A model generated the notes under the pieces. The model was not told the DNA's origin. It worked only from the letters and a program-made list of their open reading frames with translations, and searched no databases. A stretch of 62,456 nt of DNA, the filler included, from Actinomycetota bacterium (lineage in GTDB: Bacteria > Actinomycetota > CADDZG01 > JAHWKV01 > JAOPZY01), in NCBI GenBank assembly GCA_025963875.1. It is 9 parts of 9 records of this genome, joined end to end, with 100 filler letters (N's around TTAATTAATTAA, not from the genome) between each part and the next. Parts side by side here need not be neighbours in the genome. Positions count along the whole stretch, not along the records: positions 1 to 13,330 come from JAOPZY010000163.1; 8 more parts are not named here. One strand, written 5' to 3'. Shown here piece after piece: positions 1 through 12,010 of this stretch. The translations under genes were made by a program, and so were the position numbers. Each line of letters starts with the position of its first letter. The stretch's first letter is position 1.

Positions 1-1328
1 TGCTTCGGCAGCACGTAGACGCCGATCGGGTAGTCGCCGCTGCGGGTGTACAGCTCGATCTGGGCGATGACCTGGTTGGTGAAGCTGTTCGACATCACGA
101 AGCTCGGGTGCCCGGTGGCGTTCCCGAGGTTCAGCAGGCGTCCCTCCGACAGGACGATGACCGCATGGCCGTCCGGGAACGTCCAGGTGTCGACCTGCGG
201 CTTGATGTTCTCCCGGCGGATGCCGGGGACCTTCTTCAGGCCCGCCATGTCGATCTCGTTGTCGAAATGGCCGATGTTGCCGACGATCGCCTGGTGCTTC
301 ATCTTCGCCATGTGGGCAGCGGTGATGATGTCCTTGTTGCCGGTGCAGGTCACGAAGATGTCGACGTCGCCCACCACATCATCGAGCCGAGCGACCTGGT
401 AGCCGTCCATGGCGGCCTGCAGGGCGCAGATGGGGTCGATCTCGGCGACGATCACCCGCGCCCCCTGCCCCCGGAGGCTCTCCGAGCACCCCTTGCCGAC
501 GTCGCCGTAGCCGCAGACCAGGGCGGTCTTGCCGCCGATCAGGACGTCGGTGCCCCGGTTGATGCCGTCGATGAGGGAGTGCCGGCAGCCGTACTTGTTG
601 TCGAACTTCGACTTGGTGACCGAGTCGTTGACGTTGATCGCAGGGAACAGGAGCGTGCCCGCCGCCGCCATCTCGTAGAGCCGGTGCACGCCGGTGGTGG
701 TCTCCTCGGTGACCCCACGGATGCCCTCGGCCATGCGGCCCCACTTGCCCGGTGCCGAACCAAGCCGCTGCCGCAGGAGGTCGAGGAAGACGTGCCATTC
801 CTCGCTGTCCGCATCCGTGGCCGCCGGCACCGCGCCGGCCTTCTCGTACTCGACGCCCTTGTGGATCAGCATCGTCGCGTCCCCGCCGTCGTCGAGGATC
901 ATGTTCGGGCCTCCCGCAGAACCGGCGTCCGGCCACGTGAGCGCCTGCTCGGTGGCCCACCAGTACTCCTCCAGGGTCTCGCCCTTCCAGGCGAAGACCG
1001 GGACGCCCTCGGGGTCCTCCGGCGTCCCGTTTGGGCCGACGGCCACGGCTGCGGCGGCGTGGTCCTGGGTCGAGAAGATGTTGCACGAGGCCCAGCGCAC
1101 CTGGGCCCCCAGCGCCACGAGCGTCTCGATGAGCACGGCGGTCTGGATGGTCATGTGCAGCGAGCCGGTGATCCGGGCACCGGCGAGGGGCTGAGCGTCG
1201 GCGTACTCCCGGCGAACCGACATGAGGCCGGGCATCTCGTGCTCGGCGAGATGGATCTCCTTACGGCCGAGCTCGGCCTGGGACAGGTCGGCGACCTTGA
1301 AATTGTTGAAATTGAGTGACTGGCTCAC
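1..1328 (-). CDS. ahcY: Adenosylhomocysteinase (3' end runs off the window)
   Basis: Manual minus-strand translation from GTG 1328 (GGAGG RBS upstream): [36 protein letters not shown]...[16 protein letters not shown]...[12 protein letters not shown]...YVLPK. These are hallmark AhcY motifs. Absent from the ORF track because no stop lies in the window. Confidence 0.96.
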   Translation of the reverse strand, partial: MSQSLNFNNFKVADLSQAELGRKEIHLAEHEMPGLMSVRREYADAQPLAGARITGSLHMTIQTAVLIETLVALGAQVRWASCNIFSTQDHAAAAVAVGPNGTPEDPEGVPVFAWKGETLEEYWWATEQALTWPDAGSAGGPNMILDDGGDATMLIHKGVEYEKAGAVPAATDADSEEWHVFLDLLRQRLGSAPGKWGRMAEGIRGVTEETTTGVHRLYEMAAAGTLLFPAINVNDSVTKSKFDNKYGCRHSLIDGINRGTDVLIGGKTALVCGYGDVGKGCSESLRGQGARVIVAEIDPICALQAAMDGYQVARLDDVVGDVDIFVTCTGNKDIITAAHMAKMKHQAIVGNIGHFDNEIDMAGLKKVPGIRRENIKPQVDTWTFPDGHAVIVLSEGRLLNLGNATGHPSFVMSNSFTNQVIAQIELYTRSGDYPIGVYVLPK

Positions 1329-1460
1329 TGCGTTCCCTCCTGTCTGCGCCTCTCCAGCTCGCGCTGTGGGCGAACCTCAGCATACCGGCGAGGCACATCC
1401 CCGCCAGCCATTTTGGGGAATACGGCTCTGTTGATCCGGCTGATCCGGGCGTATACTCGT

Positions 1461-1787
1461 GCGAGGTTCGCCTGGGTCTGTGGTTGCGGGATCCTCCCGG
1501 CAACGGGTGGGTCCTCAGTCCAGGCCAGTCGCAGGCAAAAGGATCCACGTAAGGCAACCATTGGTTGCTGAGCACGGTGCGACTTAGGGGTAAGTCCTGC
1601 CTCGAGCCCGGGATGGTCCCGGGTAGATCGGGAGAAGGTGCGAAGCATCGCCGGAGTCGACTCGCCAGTGCGGCATCAAGGGGGTCAGGCCGAACACGGC
1701 CCGTTTCCCTGCCGGGCGAAGGCGGCGTTGCGAGGCCTCAGCAGGCGGGTGTGGGGTCAAAGACCAGGTCAGCCGGGCGAACCTCGC
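1461..1787 (+). ncRNA. raiA-motif structured RNA (expanded variant)
   Basis: Has the raiA-motif conserved blocks in order: GGTCTGTGGTTG, GCCAGTCGCAGGCAAAA-GATCCACGTAAG, TGAGCACGGTGCGACTTAG, GTAAGTCCTGCC and CAGCAGGCGGGTGTGGGGTCAAAGACCAGGTCA. The closing stem is GCGAGGTTCGCC(1461)/GGCGAACCTCGC(1787). A -10 TATACT lies at 1452-1457, and the RNA is directly upstream of hpf/raiA. Confidence 0.9.
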
Positions 1788-1865
1788 CGCAGTACTGTCC
1801 ACCGCAGCACCTCGCCGGAGTAACACCACGACAGCACTCTCGGACAAGTTAGGAGTGGTGGCGTA

Positions 1866-2264
1866 ATGGATATCACGGTCCGTAGTCAGCACGGCCACAT
1901 CCCCGGGTCCCTCCAGGATCTCACCGCCTCGAAGATGGAGGGCCTTGGCAAGTTCCTCAGGACGATCACCTCCATCGACGTGGAGGTGGACCGCGACGGG
2001 CACGCCAGCCGCAGTAAGGCCTTCCTGGTGCGGGTGGCGGTCATGACGCCCGGACCGGTGTTCCGGTCGAGGGTCGCGTGCGACGATCCGGTGGCGGGGA
2101 TCGACGTCGCCGTCGAACGCCTGTCGCGCCGCCTCAAGGAGTTCAAGCGGCGTCGATCCGGTCGTCCGTTACACTCAAGGCCAAAGACAGCCCCCAGTGC
2201 CACGTCAGGTGTCACCCCAGATGGCATCTCAGGTGGAAGCATCGATGCGGTTGACGTCGACTAG
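1866..2264 (+). CDS. hpf: Ribosome hibernation factor HPF/RaiA (short form)
   Basis: MDITVRSQH...IDVAVERLSRRLKEFK fits the S30AE/RaiA domain. AGGAG RBS. Typical position upstream of secA. Confidence 0.85.
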   Translation: MDITVRSQHGHIPGSLQDLTASKMEGLGKFLRTITSIDVEVDRDGHASRSKAFLVRVAVMTPGPVFRSRVACDDPVAGIDVAVERLSRRLKEFKRRRSGRPLHSRPKTAPSATSGVTPDGISGGSIDAVDVD

Positions 2265-2290
2265 TTGCTGCGCTCGAGGGGAGTGATTGG

Positions 2291-3007
2291 GTGGGCCAGG
2301 AGCCCGAAGTAATCGACGAGGCGCCCAGAGTCGGCGGCGCTGTGGCGGAACCCATCCGCGTGATCATCGTCGACGACCACGCCCTGTTCCGGCGAGGTCT
2401 GCAGATGGTGCTCGAGGTCGAGGACGACATCGACGTCGTCGGCGAGGCCGGCGACGGGACCGAGGCCCTCGCCAAGGCGGAGGAGACCGTCCCCGACGTC
2501 GTGCTCATGGACGTCCGGATGCCGAAGCGTTCCGGGCTCGAGGCCACACGCGCGATCAAGGAGATCCTGCCGAACACCAAGATCCTGATGCTCACGATCT
2601 CCGACGAGGAGGCCGACCTCTACGACGCCATCAAGTCCGGCGCCTCCGGCTACCTGCTGAAGGAGATCTCGATCGAAGAGGTCGCCAACGCCGTCCGGGC
2701 CGTCAATGCCGGACAGTCGCTGATCTCCCCCTCGATGGCGTCGAAGTTGCTGAACGAGTTCGCCAGCATGGTCAAGCGCTCGGACGACCGGGCCGGCGTG
2801 CCCGCCCCCCGCCTCACGGACCGGGAACTGCAGGTGCTCAAGCTCGTGGCCCGGGGCCACAACAACCGGGACATCGCCAAGGAGCTCTTCATCTCGGAGA
2901 ACACTGTCAAGAACCACGTCCGCAACATTCTGGAGAAGCTGCACCTGCATTCCCGGATGGAGGCAGTGGTCTACGCCGTCCGGGAACGGCTTCTCGATAT
3001 CAAGTAA
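2291..3007 (+). CDS. NarL/LuxR-family response regulator
   Basis: Receiver domain (VDDH, LMDVRMP, YLLK) plus LuxR HTH (LTDRELQVL...ISENTVKNHVRNILEKL). Confidence 0.95.
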   Translation: MGQEPEVIDEAPRVGGAVAEPIRVIIVDDHALFRRGLQMVLEVEDDIDVVGEAGDGTEALAKAEETVPDVVLMDVRMPKRSGLEATRAIKEILPNTKILMLTISDEEADLYDAIKSGASGYLLKEISIEEVANAVRAVNAGQSLISPSMASKLLNEFASMVKRSDDRAGVPAPRLTDRELQVLKLVARGHNNRDIAKELFISENTVKNHVRNILEKLHLHSRMEAVVYAVRERLLDIK

Positions 3008-3096
3008 CCCGATAAGTACGTAAAAGTCGTCACTGCTCTCCGGATGCCCCCAGCACGGGCGCTGTCCGGATTGGCGTCATACTTGGTGGCACAGCT

Positions 3097-5859
<2,763 letters not shown>

Positions 5860-5860
5860 C

Positions 5861-5899
5861 CTCTGCCAAAAAGACCGGATTGCCGACCTTTTGGCACAG
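5861..5899. terminator. Hairpin between convergent secA and DUF3048 genes, likely bidirectional terminator
   Basis: Inverted repeat TGCCAAAA(AG)...CTTTTGGCA immediately after the secA stop. Confidence 0.55.
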
Positions 5900-5912
5900 A
5901 CTCCCCGCTGAG

Positions 5913-7016
5913 CTAGGAGGCCGAGAAGCTCCCGACGGGGATCGCGCCAGGACCGGTGACCGAGGACGGCACCAGCTCGACCCACGTGTTGCCCGGCGTC
6001 AGCGGGATCTGGTGGCCGGCGCCGTCGAGGAAGTACGTGGGCTGGCCGAGGCCCTCACCGGGGCGCCACCACGTTCCGGAGACGCAGGTCCCCAACCGGC
6101 AGACCAGCGCCGCGCCCTTGCCGAGGAGTTGCGGCACCGGCTGGTGCGACCCGCTGGGGTCTTCGATCCACCAGCTCATCGTGACCGGGACCGACTCCAC
6201 GATGACGTTGCGGGCGGAGAGGATGGATCCGTTCGCCTCGGTGGCCGGCGCGTTTCCGTAGTACCGCTGGTAGGCGTTGGCCGCGGGAGTCCAGTGCCAG
6301 TACACGTCCGCGGAGTACGAAAAGTCGGCGTGGACCAGCGCTCCGGGGCCCCCGGGCGGCGGTGACGCCGAGTACGTGAAGACCGGGGTCGCCTGGGGGA
6401 GGCCCTGGGCGTCCGGGCGGGCGTACAGCGCCGGCGTGCTCGTGTAGAGGTTGTGGGGAGAAACCCGGCCGCCGTCCCGGATGTAGCCGCCTCCCGTGCT
6501 GTAGCCGACGTCCACCAGCCAACCGGCCTTCACGGCCGAGTCGAGGGCCTGCAGCGATGGCGGGCTCCCCGAGGCGTTGCCGAACAGCGACTTCCCGGAC
6601 TGGTTCACGAGATACGGGTCGGCCTGGCGGACGCTGCGCACGGGTTCCACCCGGGCGGCGTCGTGGCACTGGTAGGTGACGACGAAGCGGGTGATGCCTC
6701 CCTCGACGGGCTCCTCGTAGATCACATCGGCGGCGTCCAGGCCGACCGGCGGCCGCGACTCCGGGGAGTTCTCCACCTTGATCGCCAGCGCGGGGCGGTT
6801 CGGCACCGAGCCGCCCGTCTCGCCGGTCAGGGGGCAGGTCGGCGGCGGTGGGGGTGGTGGCGGTGGCGGCGTGGGGGCGTGCGAGGGAGGCGGCGTCGGC
6901 GAGGCCTTGGCGGGCGCAGCGGTCTTGGCGGCGGTGTGGCTGCAGCCTGTCATCACGACGGCGGTCGCCAATGCGACGCCGGTCCACGCCCACGCGCGAC
7001 TACTCAGTCTCAGCAT
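5913..7016 (-). CDS. DUF3048-family lipoprotein
   Basis: Lipobox MTGC, Pro-rich linker, and motifs CPLTG, RPALAIKVENSPESRP, ADVIYEEPVEGGITRF, PVRSVR and PHNLY. Confidence 0.85.
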   Translation of the reverse strand: MLRLSSRAWAWTGVALATAVVMTGCSHTAAKTAAPAKASPTPPPSHAPTPPPPPPPPPPTCPLTGETGGSVPNRPALAIKVENSPESRPPVGLDAADVIYEEPVEGGITRFVVTYQCHDAARVEPVRSVRQADPYLVNQSGKSLFGNASGSPPSLQALDSAVKAGWLVDVGYSTGGGYIRDGGRVSPHNLYTSTPALYARPDAQGLPQATPVFTYSASPPPGGPGALVHADFSYSADVYWHWTPAANAYQRYYGNAPATEANGSILSARNVIVESVPVTMSWWIEDPSGSHQPVPQLLGKGAALVCRLGTCVSGTWWRPGEGLGQPTYFLDGAGHQIPLTPGNTWVELVPSSVTGPGAIPVGSFSAS

Positions 7017-7157
7017 CCAGGGATTCTCCTTTTGGGCAACCGCTCTTCCCGGGGTTATCGGGCGCGGGCGGGCACTACTGTAGCGCGAGCGCCGGCGGCA
7101 ACCGTCCGGCGGGCCAGGACGACGGGCAGGATGGGCCCCGAAGGTATCATCGCGTCC

Positions 7158-8277
7158 ATGGACGACCTCAAGCTCCGCCTGGCCGACGCTCAGTCAAAGC
7201 TCTCCCACGTGAAGGAGTACCTTTGACGTTGCCGCCAAGCGGTCGCGGGCCGATGAGCTCAGGGAGCTAGCCGCCCAGCCGGGCTTCTGGGACACCCAGT
7301 CCGAGGCCACGAAGAAGATGGCGGAGCTCTCCCGCCTCGAGGACGACCTCAAGACCTACGACCGCCTTGCGTCGCGCCTGGAGGAGGCCTCGATCCTGCA
7401 GTCGCTGGCGCAGGAGGAGGACGACGAGGCGACGGGGGCCGAGGCCGCGGGGGTGCTGGCCGAGGTGGAGTCGTCGCTGGAGGAGGCGGAGGTCCGCACC
7501 CTGCTTTCCGGCGAGCACGACGAAGCCAACGCCATCGTGACGGTCCACGCCGGCGCCGGAGGGACCGAGTCCTGCGACTGGGCGGAGATGCTGCTGCGCA
7601 TGTACCTCCGCTGGGCGGAGCGCAGAGGCCTGAAGACCGAGCTGGTCGAGCTGCAGGAGGGCGAGGAGGCGGGCATCAAGCGGGCGACCTTCATCCTGAC
7701 TGGGCGTTTCGCCTACGGGCTGGCCTCGACCGAGAAGGGTGTGCACCGCCTGGTCCGGATCTCGCCCTACGACGCCGCCAAGCGCCGCCACACCTCCTTC
7801 GCCAGCGTCGACGTCGTGCCGGAGATCACCGACGACGAGGTCCCGGAGATCGATCCCAAGGAGCTGCGGATCGACACGTACCGCTCCCAGGGCGCCGGGG
7901 GCCAGCACGTCAACGTGACGGACTCGGCGGTCCGCATCACGCACCTGCCGACCGGCGTCCAGGTCGCCGTGCAGAACGAGCGGTCGCAACTCCAGAACCG
8001 GGCGGTGGCCATGAAGATTCTGGCAGCCCGCCTCGCCCAGCGGGCACAGGAGGAGCGCCTGAAGGAGCTGCAGGAGCTGCGAGGTGAGCAGATGGAAATC
8101 GGGTTCGGCTCGCAGATCCGCTCCTACGTCCTCGCCCCCTACCAGCTCGTCAAGGACCACCGCACCGGTGTCGAGGAGGGCAACGTCGAGGCGGTCCTCG
8201 ATGGCGAGATTGACCAATTCATCACGGCCGAGCTCCGCCGAAGGGCCTCGCGTGTAGCCAGGGTGACTGGACGGTAA
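7158..8277 (+). CDS. prfB: Peptide chain release factor 2, expressed by programmed +1 frameshift
   Basis: First ORF ATG 7158 to CTT-TGA-C (7221-7227) with internal SD AAGGAG (7212-7217). The +1 frame carries GAGGTESCDWA, the SPY tripeptide (SPF-type) and GGQ. Confidence 0.97.
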
Positions 8278-8505
8278 TCACTCGTGAACGATCAAGAAGG
8301 CCCTCCATGGAGTGAATACCGGCTGAATGGCCCGGAAATTTGGCTATTTCCGGGGACCATCTGCTAGGATCCCCCCCAAGCAGCCGAGCGCACGGCGTCT
8401 GCAGCCGAGAGGGTTGGGGGACCCTTGGAGACCTCCCGGTTTGTAGTTGAACCACACGTCGTGGTCCCTGAGGCGCTGCCTTCCTAAGGAGCTTCGGACA
8501 GACAT

Positions 8506-9195
8506 ATGATCCGGCTCGAGAACGTAAGCAAGGTCTACAAGGAATCGGTCGTCGCGCTCCGTGACGTCTGCGCGGAGATCGTGAAGGGCGAGTTTGTCTT
8601 CCTCGTCGGGACCACCGGTTCCGGCAAGACGACCCTCATCAAGATGATGATGCGGGAGGAGGAGCCGAGCGAGGGCCGGATCTACGTGGCCGGCAAGGAC
8701 CTGAGCATGCTGCCTCGCTGGCGCATCCCCTACCTGCGCCGCATGATCGGGTGCGTCTTCCAGGACTACAAGCTGCTGCCGAACAAGACCGTCTACGAGA
8801 ACGTCGCCTTTGCCCTCGAGGTCATCGGGAAGCCCCGCCATGTGATCCGGGAGCGCGTGCCCGAGATCCTCGACCTCGTGGGCCTTGCCGACCGCATGAA
8901 CAACCGCCCCGACGAGCTTTCCGGTGGGGAGCAACAGCGGGTCTCCGTGGCCCGTGCGATGGTGAACCGCCCCGCCATCCTGCTGGCCGACGAGCCCACC
9001 GGGAACCTCGACCCCACCACGTCGGCCGAGATCATGAAGCTGCTGGTCCGCATCAACGCCGCCGACACGACCGTCGTCATGGCCACCCACGACCATGCGG
9101 TCGTCAACCAGTTCCGCAAGCGCGTCATCGAGCTGGACAACGGCAAGGTCGTCCGGGACCAGATGCGCGGCGTCTACGGATACGGGACCAGATAG
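8506..9195 (+). CDS. ftsE: Cell-division ATP-binding protein FtsE
   Basis: GTTGSGKT, LSGGEQQRV and ADEPTGNLD. Located after prfB and before ftsX. Confidence 0.95.
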   Translation: MIRLENVSKVYKESVVALRDVCAEIVKGEFVFLVGTTGSGKTTLIKMMMREEEPSEGRIYVAGKDLSMLPRWRIPYLRRMIGCVFQDYKLLPNKTVYENVAFALEVIGKPRHVIRERVPEILDLVGLADRMNNRPDELSGGEQQRVSVARAMVNRPAILLADEPTGNLDPTTSAEIMKLLVRINAADTTVVMATHDHAVVNQFRKRVIELDNGKVVRDQMRGVYGYGTR

Positions 9196-10076
9196 TGGGC
9201 CTGCGGCTCAAGTACTTCGCCAGCGAAGCGGTTGTCAATCTGAAGAGAAACCTCTTCATGACGATCGCCGCGATCTCCACGGTCGCCGTCAGCCTGTTCC
9301 TGCTGGGCGGCGTCATCGTGCTGGGCCACATCGTCAACAACGTGGTGGGGACCTGGGAGGGCAAAGTCGAGCTCAACGTCTTCCTGCGGGACGACATCAG
9401 CCCCACGCAGCAGGCGACGCTCCAGGACTCCATCAAGGGCATGCCCGAGGTCCAGGACGTCATCTACGACTCCAAGCAGCAGGCGTTCCAGGAGTACAAG
9501 ACGATGTTCGAGGGTTCGCCGGCGCTCATCCAGAACGTCGATCCCAACGCCCTGCCGGCGTCGTTCCGGGTCAAGCTGCACGACCCCAGCAAGGTCGACT
9601 CGGTGCGCAGCCAGCTCATCGGGCGTGCCGGCATCGACTCGGTGACCTTCGGCGGCGACGCCGTGAAGAAGCTCCTGCGGATCAACGCCCTGTTGCGTAC
9701 GATCAGCCTGGTCATGACCATCCTGCTCCTCACGGCCGCCACCGTGCTCATCGCCAACACCATTCGCCTCGCCATCTATGCCCGGCGCCGGGAGATCGGG
9801 GTCATGAAGCTCGTGGGGGCGACGAACTGGTTCATCCGGGTCCCGTTCATCTTCGAGGGCGTCGTCGAGGCGGTGGCGGGGGCGATGGTGGCCGCCGGCG
9901 TCATCTGGCTGGCCAAGATGCTGTGGCTGGACCGCTTGAGCAGCTTCCTGGCCTTCCTGCCCATCGGCATCACGGCGGCGACCGTGGCGAAGATGTTCGT
10001 CGTGCTGGTGGTCGTCGGGATCTCGGTGGGCGCGCTCGGGTCGACGCTGGCCCTTCGGCGGTTCCTGGAGGTCTAG
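9195..10076 (+). CDS. ftsX: Cell-division permease FtsX
   Basis: GTG start overlapping the ftsE stop. Motifs NTIRLAIYARRREIGVMKLVGATNWFIRVPFIFEG and a 4-TM pattern. Confidence 0.95.
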   Translation: MGLRLKYFASEAVVNLKRNLFMTIAAISTVAVSLFLLGGVIVLGHIVNNVVGTWEGKVELNVFLRDDISPTQQATLQDSIKGMPEVQDVIYDSKQQAFQEYKTMFEGSPALIQNVDPNALPASFRVKLHDPSKVDSVRSQLIGRAGIDSVTFGGDAVKKLLRINALLRTISLVMTILLLTAATVLIANTIRLAIYARRREIGVMKLVGATNWFIRVPFIFEGVVEAVAGAMVAAGVIWLAKMLWLDRLSSFLAFLPIGITAATVAKMFVVLVVVGISVGALGSTLALRRFLEV

Positions 10077-10173
10077 TTCCAGGCCTGTAATTCGCAGCGA
10101 ATTACTGCTGTGTAATTAATGCAATAATTCCCACTCTCGCTCCTGGCCGGGTTATTGTTGTTGACGCCCGGAT

Positions 10174-11442
10174 ATGACTGGCTATTTCCGTCATCTATTG
10201 AGAACGCTCGCAGTAGGCTGCGTCCTGGTCTCCGCGAGCGTGGGACCGGCCGGTCAGACGGGAAGTTTCCCGGCTGCGACAGGCACCGGCGGCCCCCAGA
10301 CCGCCGACCAGATGGCCCAGCTCTGGGACCAGTTCCGCACCGCGCAGCTCAAGGCCAGCCAAATCAGCGGCAAGGTCAGGCAGCTGAATGCCCAGATCGC
10401 CGCCGAGACAGCCCGCCGGGCCCAGCTCCAGGGCCAGATCGCCGCATACACCAACCAGATCAGGCAGGCGGAGGCGCGGCGGGCTTCCGACGTCGCGCAG
10501 CTCGACCTCACCGACCAGCACCTCGGGGCGCTGGAGGCGGGCATCGGCGACACCACGGGCAAGGCCGCCGACATGAAGAGCCAGGTGCAGGCCCGCACGA
10601 TCGACATGTACAAGCAGGGGCCGTCCACCTACCTCGGCATGCTGCTCTCCGCGCACAGCTTCCGCGACTTCCTGTCCCGGCTGCACTTCATCGGTGGCGT
10701 CGTGGGGACCGACCGATCCAAGCTCACCGCCCTCGACCAGCTCAACACCCAGCTGGGCCAGCAGAAAGGCCAGGCGCAACAGAGTCGTACCGAGATTGCC
10801 GCCGCCAAGGCGGCTGTGGAAGCGGAGACCGCCAAGATCACCGCCCTCCGGGTCGGCGTCACCCAGGCGAGCCAGACGCTGGCGGGAGCGGTCGCCGACG
10901 ACCAGGCGGCCGTCGCGGAGGAACAGGGCCTCCTGAAGGACGTGGAAGCGGAGAAGGCCACGTACCTCGCAGCGATGGCCAAGCTCGCCGGGGAGTCCTC
11001 GAGCATCACCGGCATGCTCCGGGCCCGCCAGATCAACCAGAGCTACGCCTGGGCGGGCCGCAAGGTCCCCTGGCCGGTCACCGGGCCGATCTCGTCGCCC
11101 TTCGGCCCCCGGATCAACCCCATCTTCGGCACACCCGAGTTCCACACCGGGCTGGACATCGCCGTCGACTACGGCGTCCCCGTCAAGGCGGCGGAGGCGG
11201 GGCAGGTGGTGTCCTCCGGCCTGATGGAGGGCTACGGCAATGTCGTGATCATCGACCACGGGGGGGCGCTGGCGACGCTGTACGCCCACATGTCGTCGCT
11301 GTCGGTACGCCAGGGCCAGACGGTGACCAGGGGCCAGCAGATCGGCGCCATCGGCTGCACCGGGCTGTGCACGGGGCCGCACCTCCACTTCGAGACCCGC
11401 ATCGGCGGGGTCCCGGTGCAGCCGCTGAATATGCTTCCCTAG
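10174..11442 (+). CDS. Coiled-coil M23 peptidase (EnvC-like FtsEX partner)
   Basis: Signal peptide, long coiled coil, and intact M23 motifs HTGLDIA, TLYAHMS and TGPHLHFE. Confidence 0.9.
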   Translation: MTGYFRHLLRTLAVGCVLVSASVGPAGQTGSFPAATGTGGPQTADQMAQLWDQFRTAQLKASQISGKVRQLNAQIAAETARRAQLQGQIAAYTNQIRQAEARRASDVAQLDLTDQHLGALEAGIGDTTGKAADMKSQVQARTIDMYKQGPSTYLGMLLSAHSFRDFLSRLHFIGGVVGTDRSKLTALDQLNTQLGQQKGQAQQSRTEIAAAKAAVEAETAKITALRVGVTQASQTLAGAVADDQAAVAEEQGLLKDVEAEKATYLAAMAKLAGESSSITGMLRARQINQSYAWAGRKVPWPVTGPISSPFGPRINPIFGTPEFHTGLDIAVDYGVPVKAAEAGQVVSSGLMEGYGNVVIIDHGGALATLYAHMSSLSVRQGQTVTRGQQIGAIGCTGLCTGPHLHFETRIGGVPVQPLNMLP

Positions 11443-11475
11443 CATTCCTCCGGGCCTGGGCCGTACGCTGGCGGG

Positions 11476-11958
11476 ATGTCAAAGAAAAAGGGAGGGGCCA
11501 AGGCCAAGAGCAACGGGGCGGTCGCGACCAACCCCAAGGCCCGCCACGACTACGAGATCCTGGAGACGATGGAGGCCGGCATGGTCCTCACCGGCAGCGA
11601 GGTGAAGTCGCTGCGGGGCGGTTCCGCCTCGATGCGGGAGTCCTTCGCCATCATCCGGGACGGGGAGACCTGGCTGATCGGGATGCACATCGGCCCCTAC
11701 GCCCAGGCCGGGTACGCCGGCCACGAGCCCACCCGCACCCGCAAGCTGCTCCTCCACAAGGACGAGATCCAGCGCCTGGTGGGCAAGACGGCCGAGCGGG
11801 GCCTCACCCTCGTCCCGCTGAAGGTCTACTTCAACCACGGCCTCGCCAAGATCGAGCTCGGTCTCGCCAAGGGCAAGAAGACCTACGATCGGCGGGAGTC
11901 GCTCAAGGAGAAGGACGCCCAGATGCAGATCGACCGGGCGATGCGCCGGCGCCGGTAG
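11476..11958 (+). CDS. smpB: SsrA-binding protein SmpB
   Basis: NPKARHDYEILET, GSEVKSLR, RKLLLHK and GKKTYDRRE. Apparently leaderless (-10 TACGCT at 11464-11469). Confidence 0.98.
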   Translation: MSKKKGGAKAKSNGAVATNPKARHDYEILETMEAGMVLTGSEVKSLRGGSASMRESFAIIRDGETWLIGMHIGPYAQAGYAGHEPTRTRKLLLHKDEIQRLVGKTAERGLTLVPLKVYFNHGLAKIELGLAKGKKTYDRRESLKEKDAQMQIDRAMRRRR

Positions 11959-11977
11959 CCCCCCTGCCGGCCCAAAA

Positions 11978-12004
11978 AAACGTTTGCTCAAACGTTTATA
12001 GAAT
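11978..12004 (+). promoter_or_regulatory. Palindromic operator plus -10 of the AbiEi/DUF559 gene
   Basis: Perfect 9-bp inverted repeat AAACGTTTG-CT-CAAACGTTT (11978-11997), then TAGAAT (11999-12004) 6 nt before the ATG. Confidence 0.6.
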
Positions 12005-12010
12005 AGCGTT

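Noticed and set aside
1329..1400. SAH or SAM riboswitch upstream of ahcY
   Set aside because: The predicted leader is only about 45 nt and lacks the SAH consensus blocks. The structured RNA nearby is on the opposite strand and fits raiA.
1520..1600. c-di-GMP-I riboswitch (GGCAAA motif)
   Set aside because: The GCAAAG/GNRA-receptor architecture is missing, and the segment is explained as the raiA core.
10087..10105. Palindrome GTAATTCGC-A-GCGAATTAC between ftsX and the M23 gene
   Set aside because: It is a real inverted repeat, but single-copy, and operator versus terminator cannot be decided from the sequence.
11976..11990. LexA SOS box before the DUF559 gene
   Set aside because: There are several mismatches to CGAAC-N4-GTTCG, and the perfect 9-bp palindrome is a better explanation.
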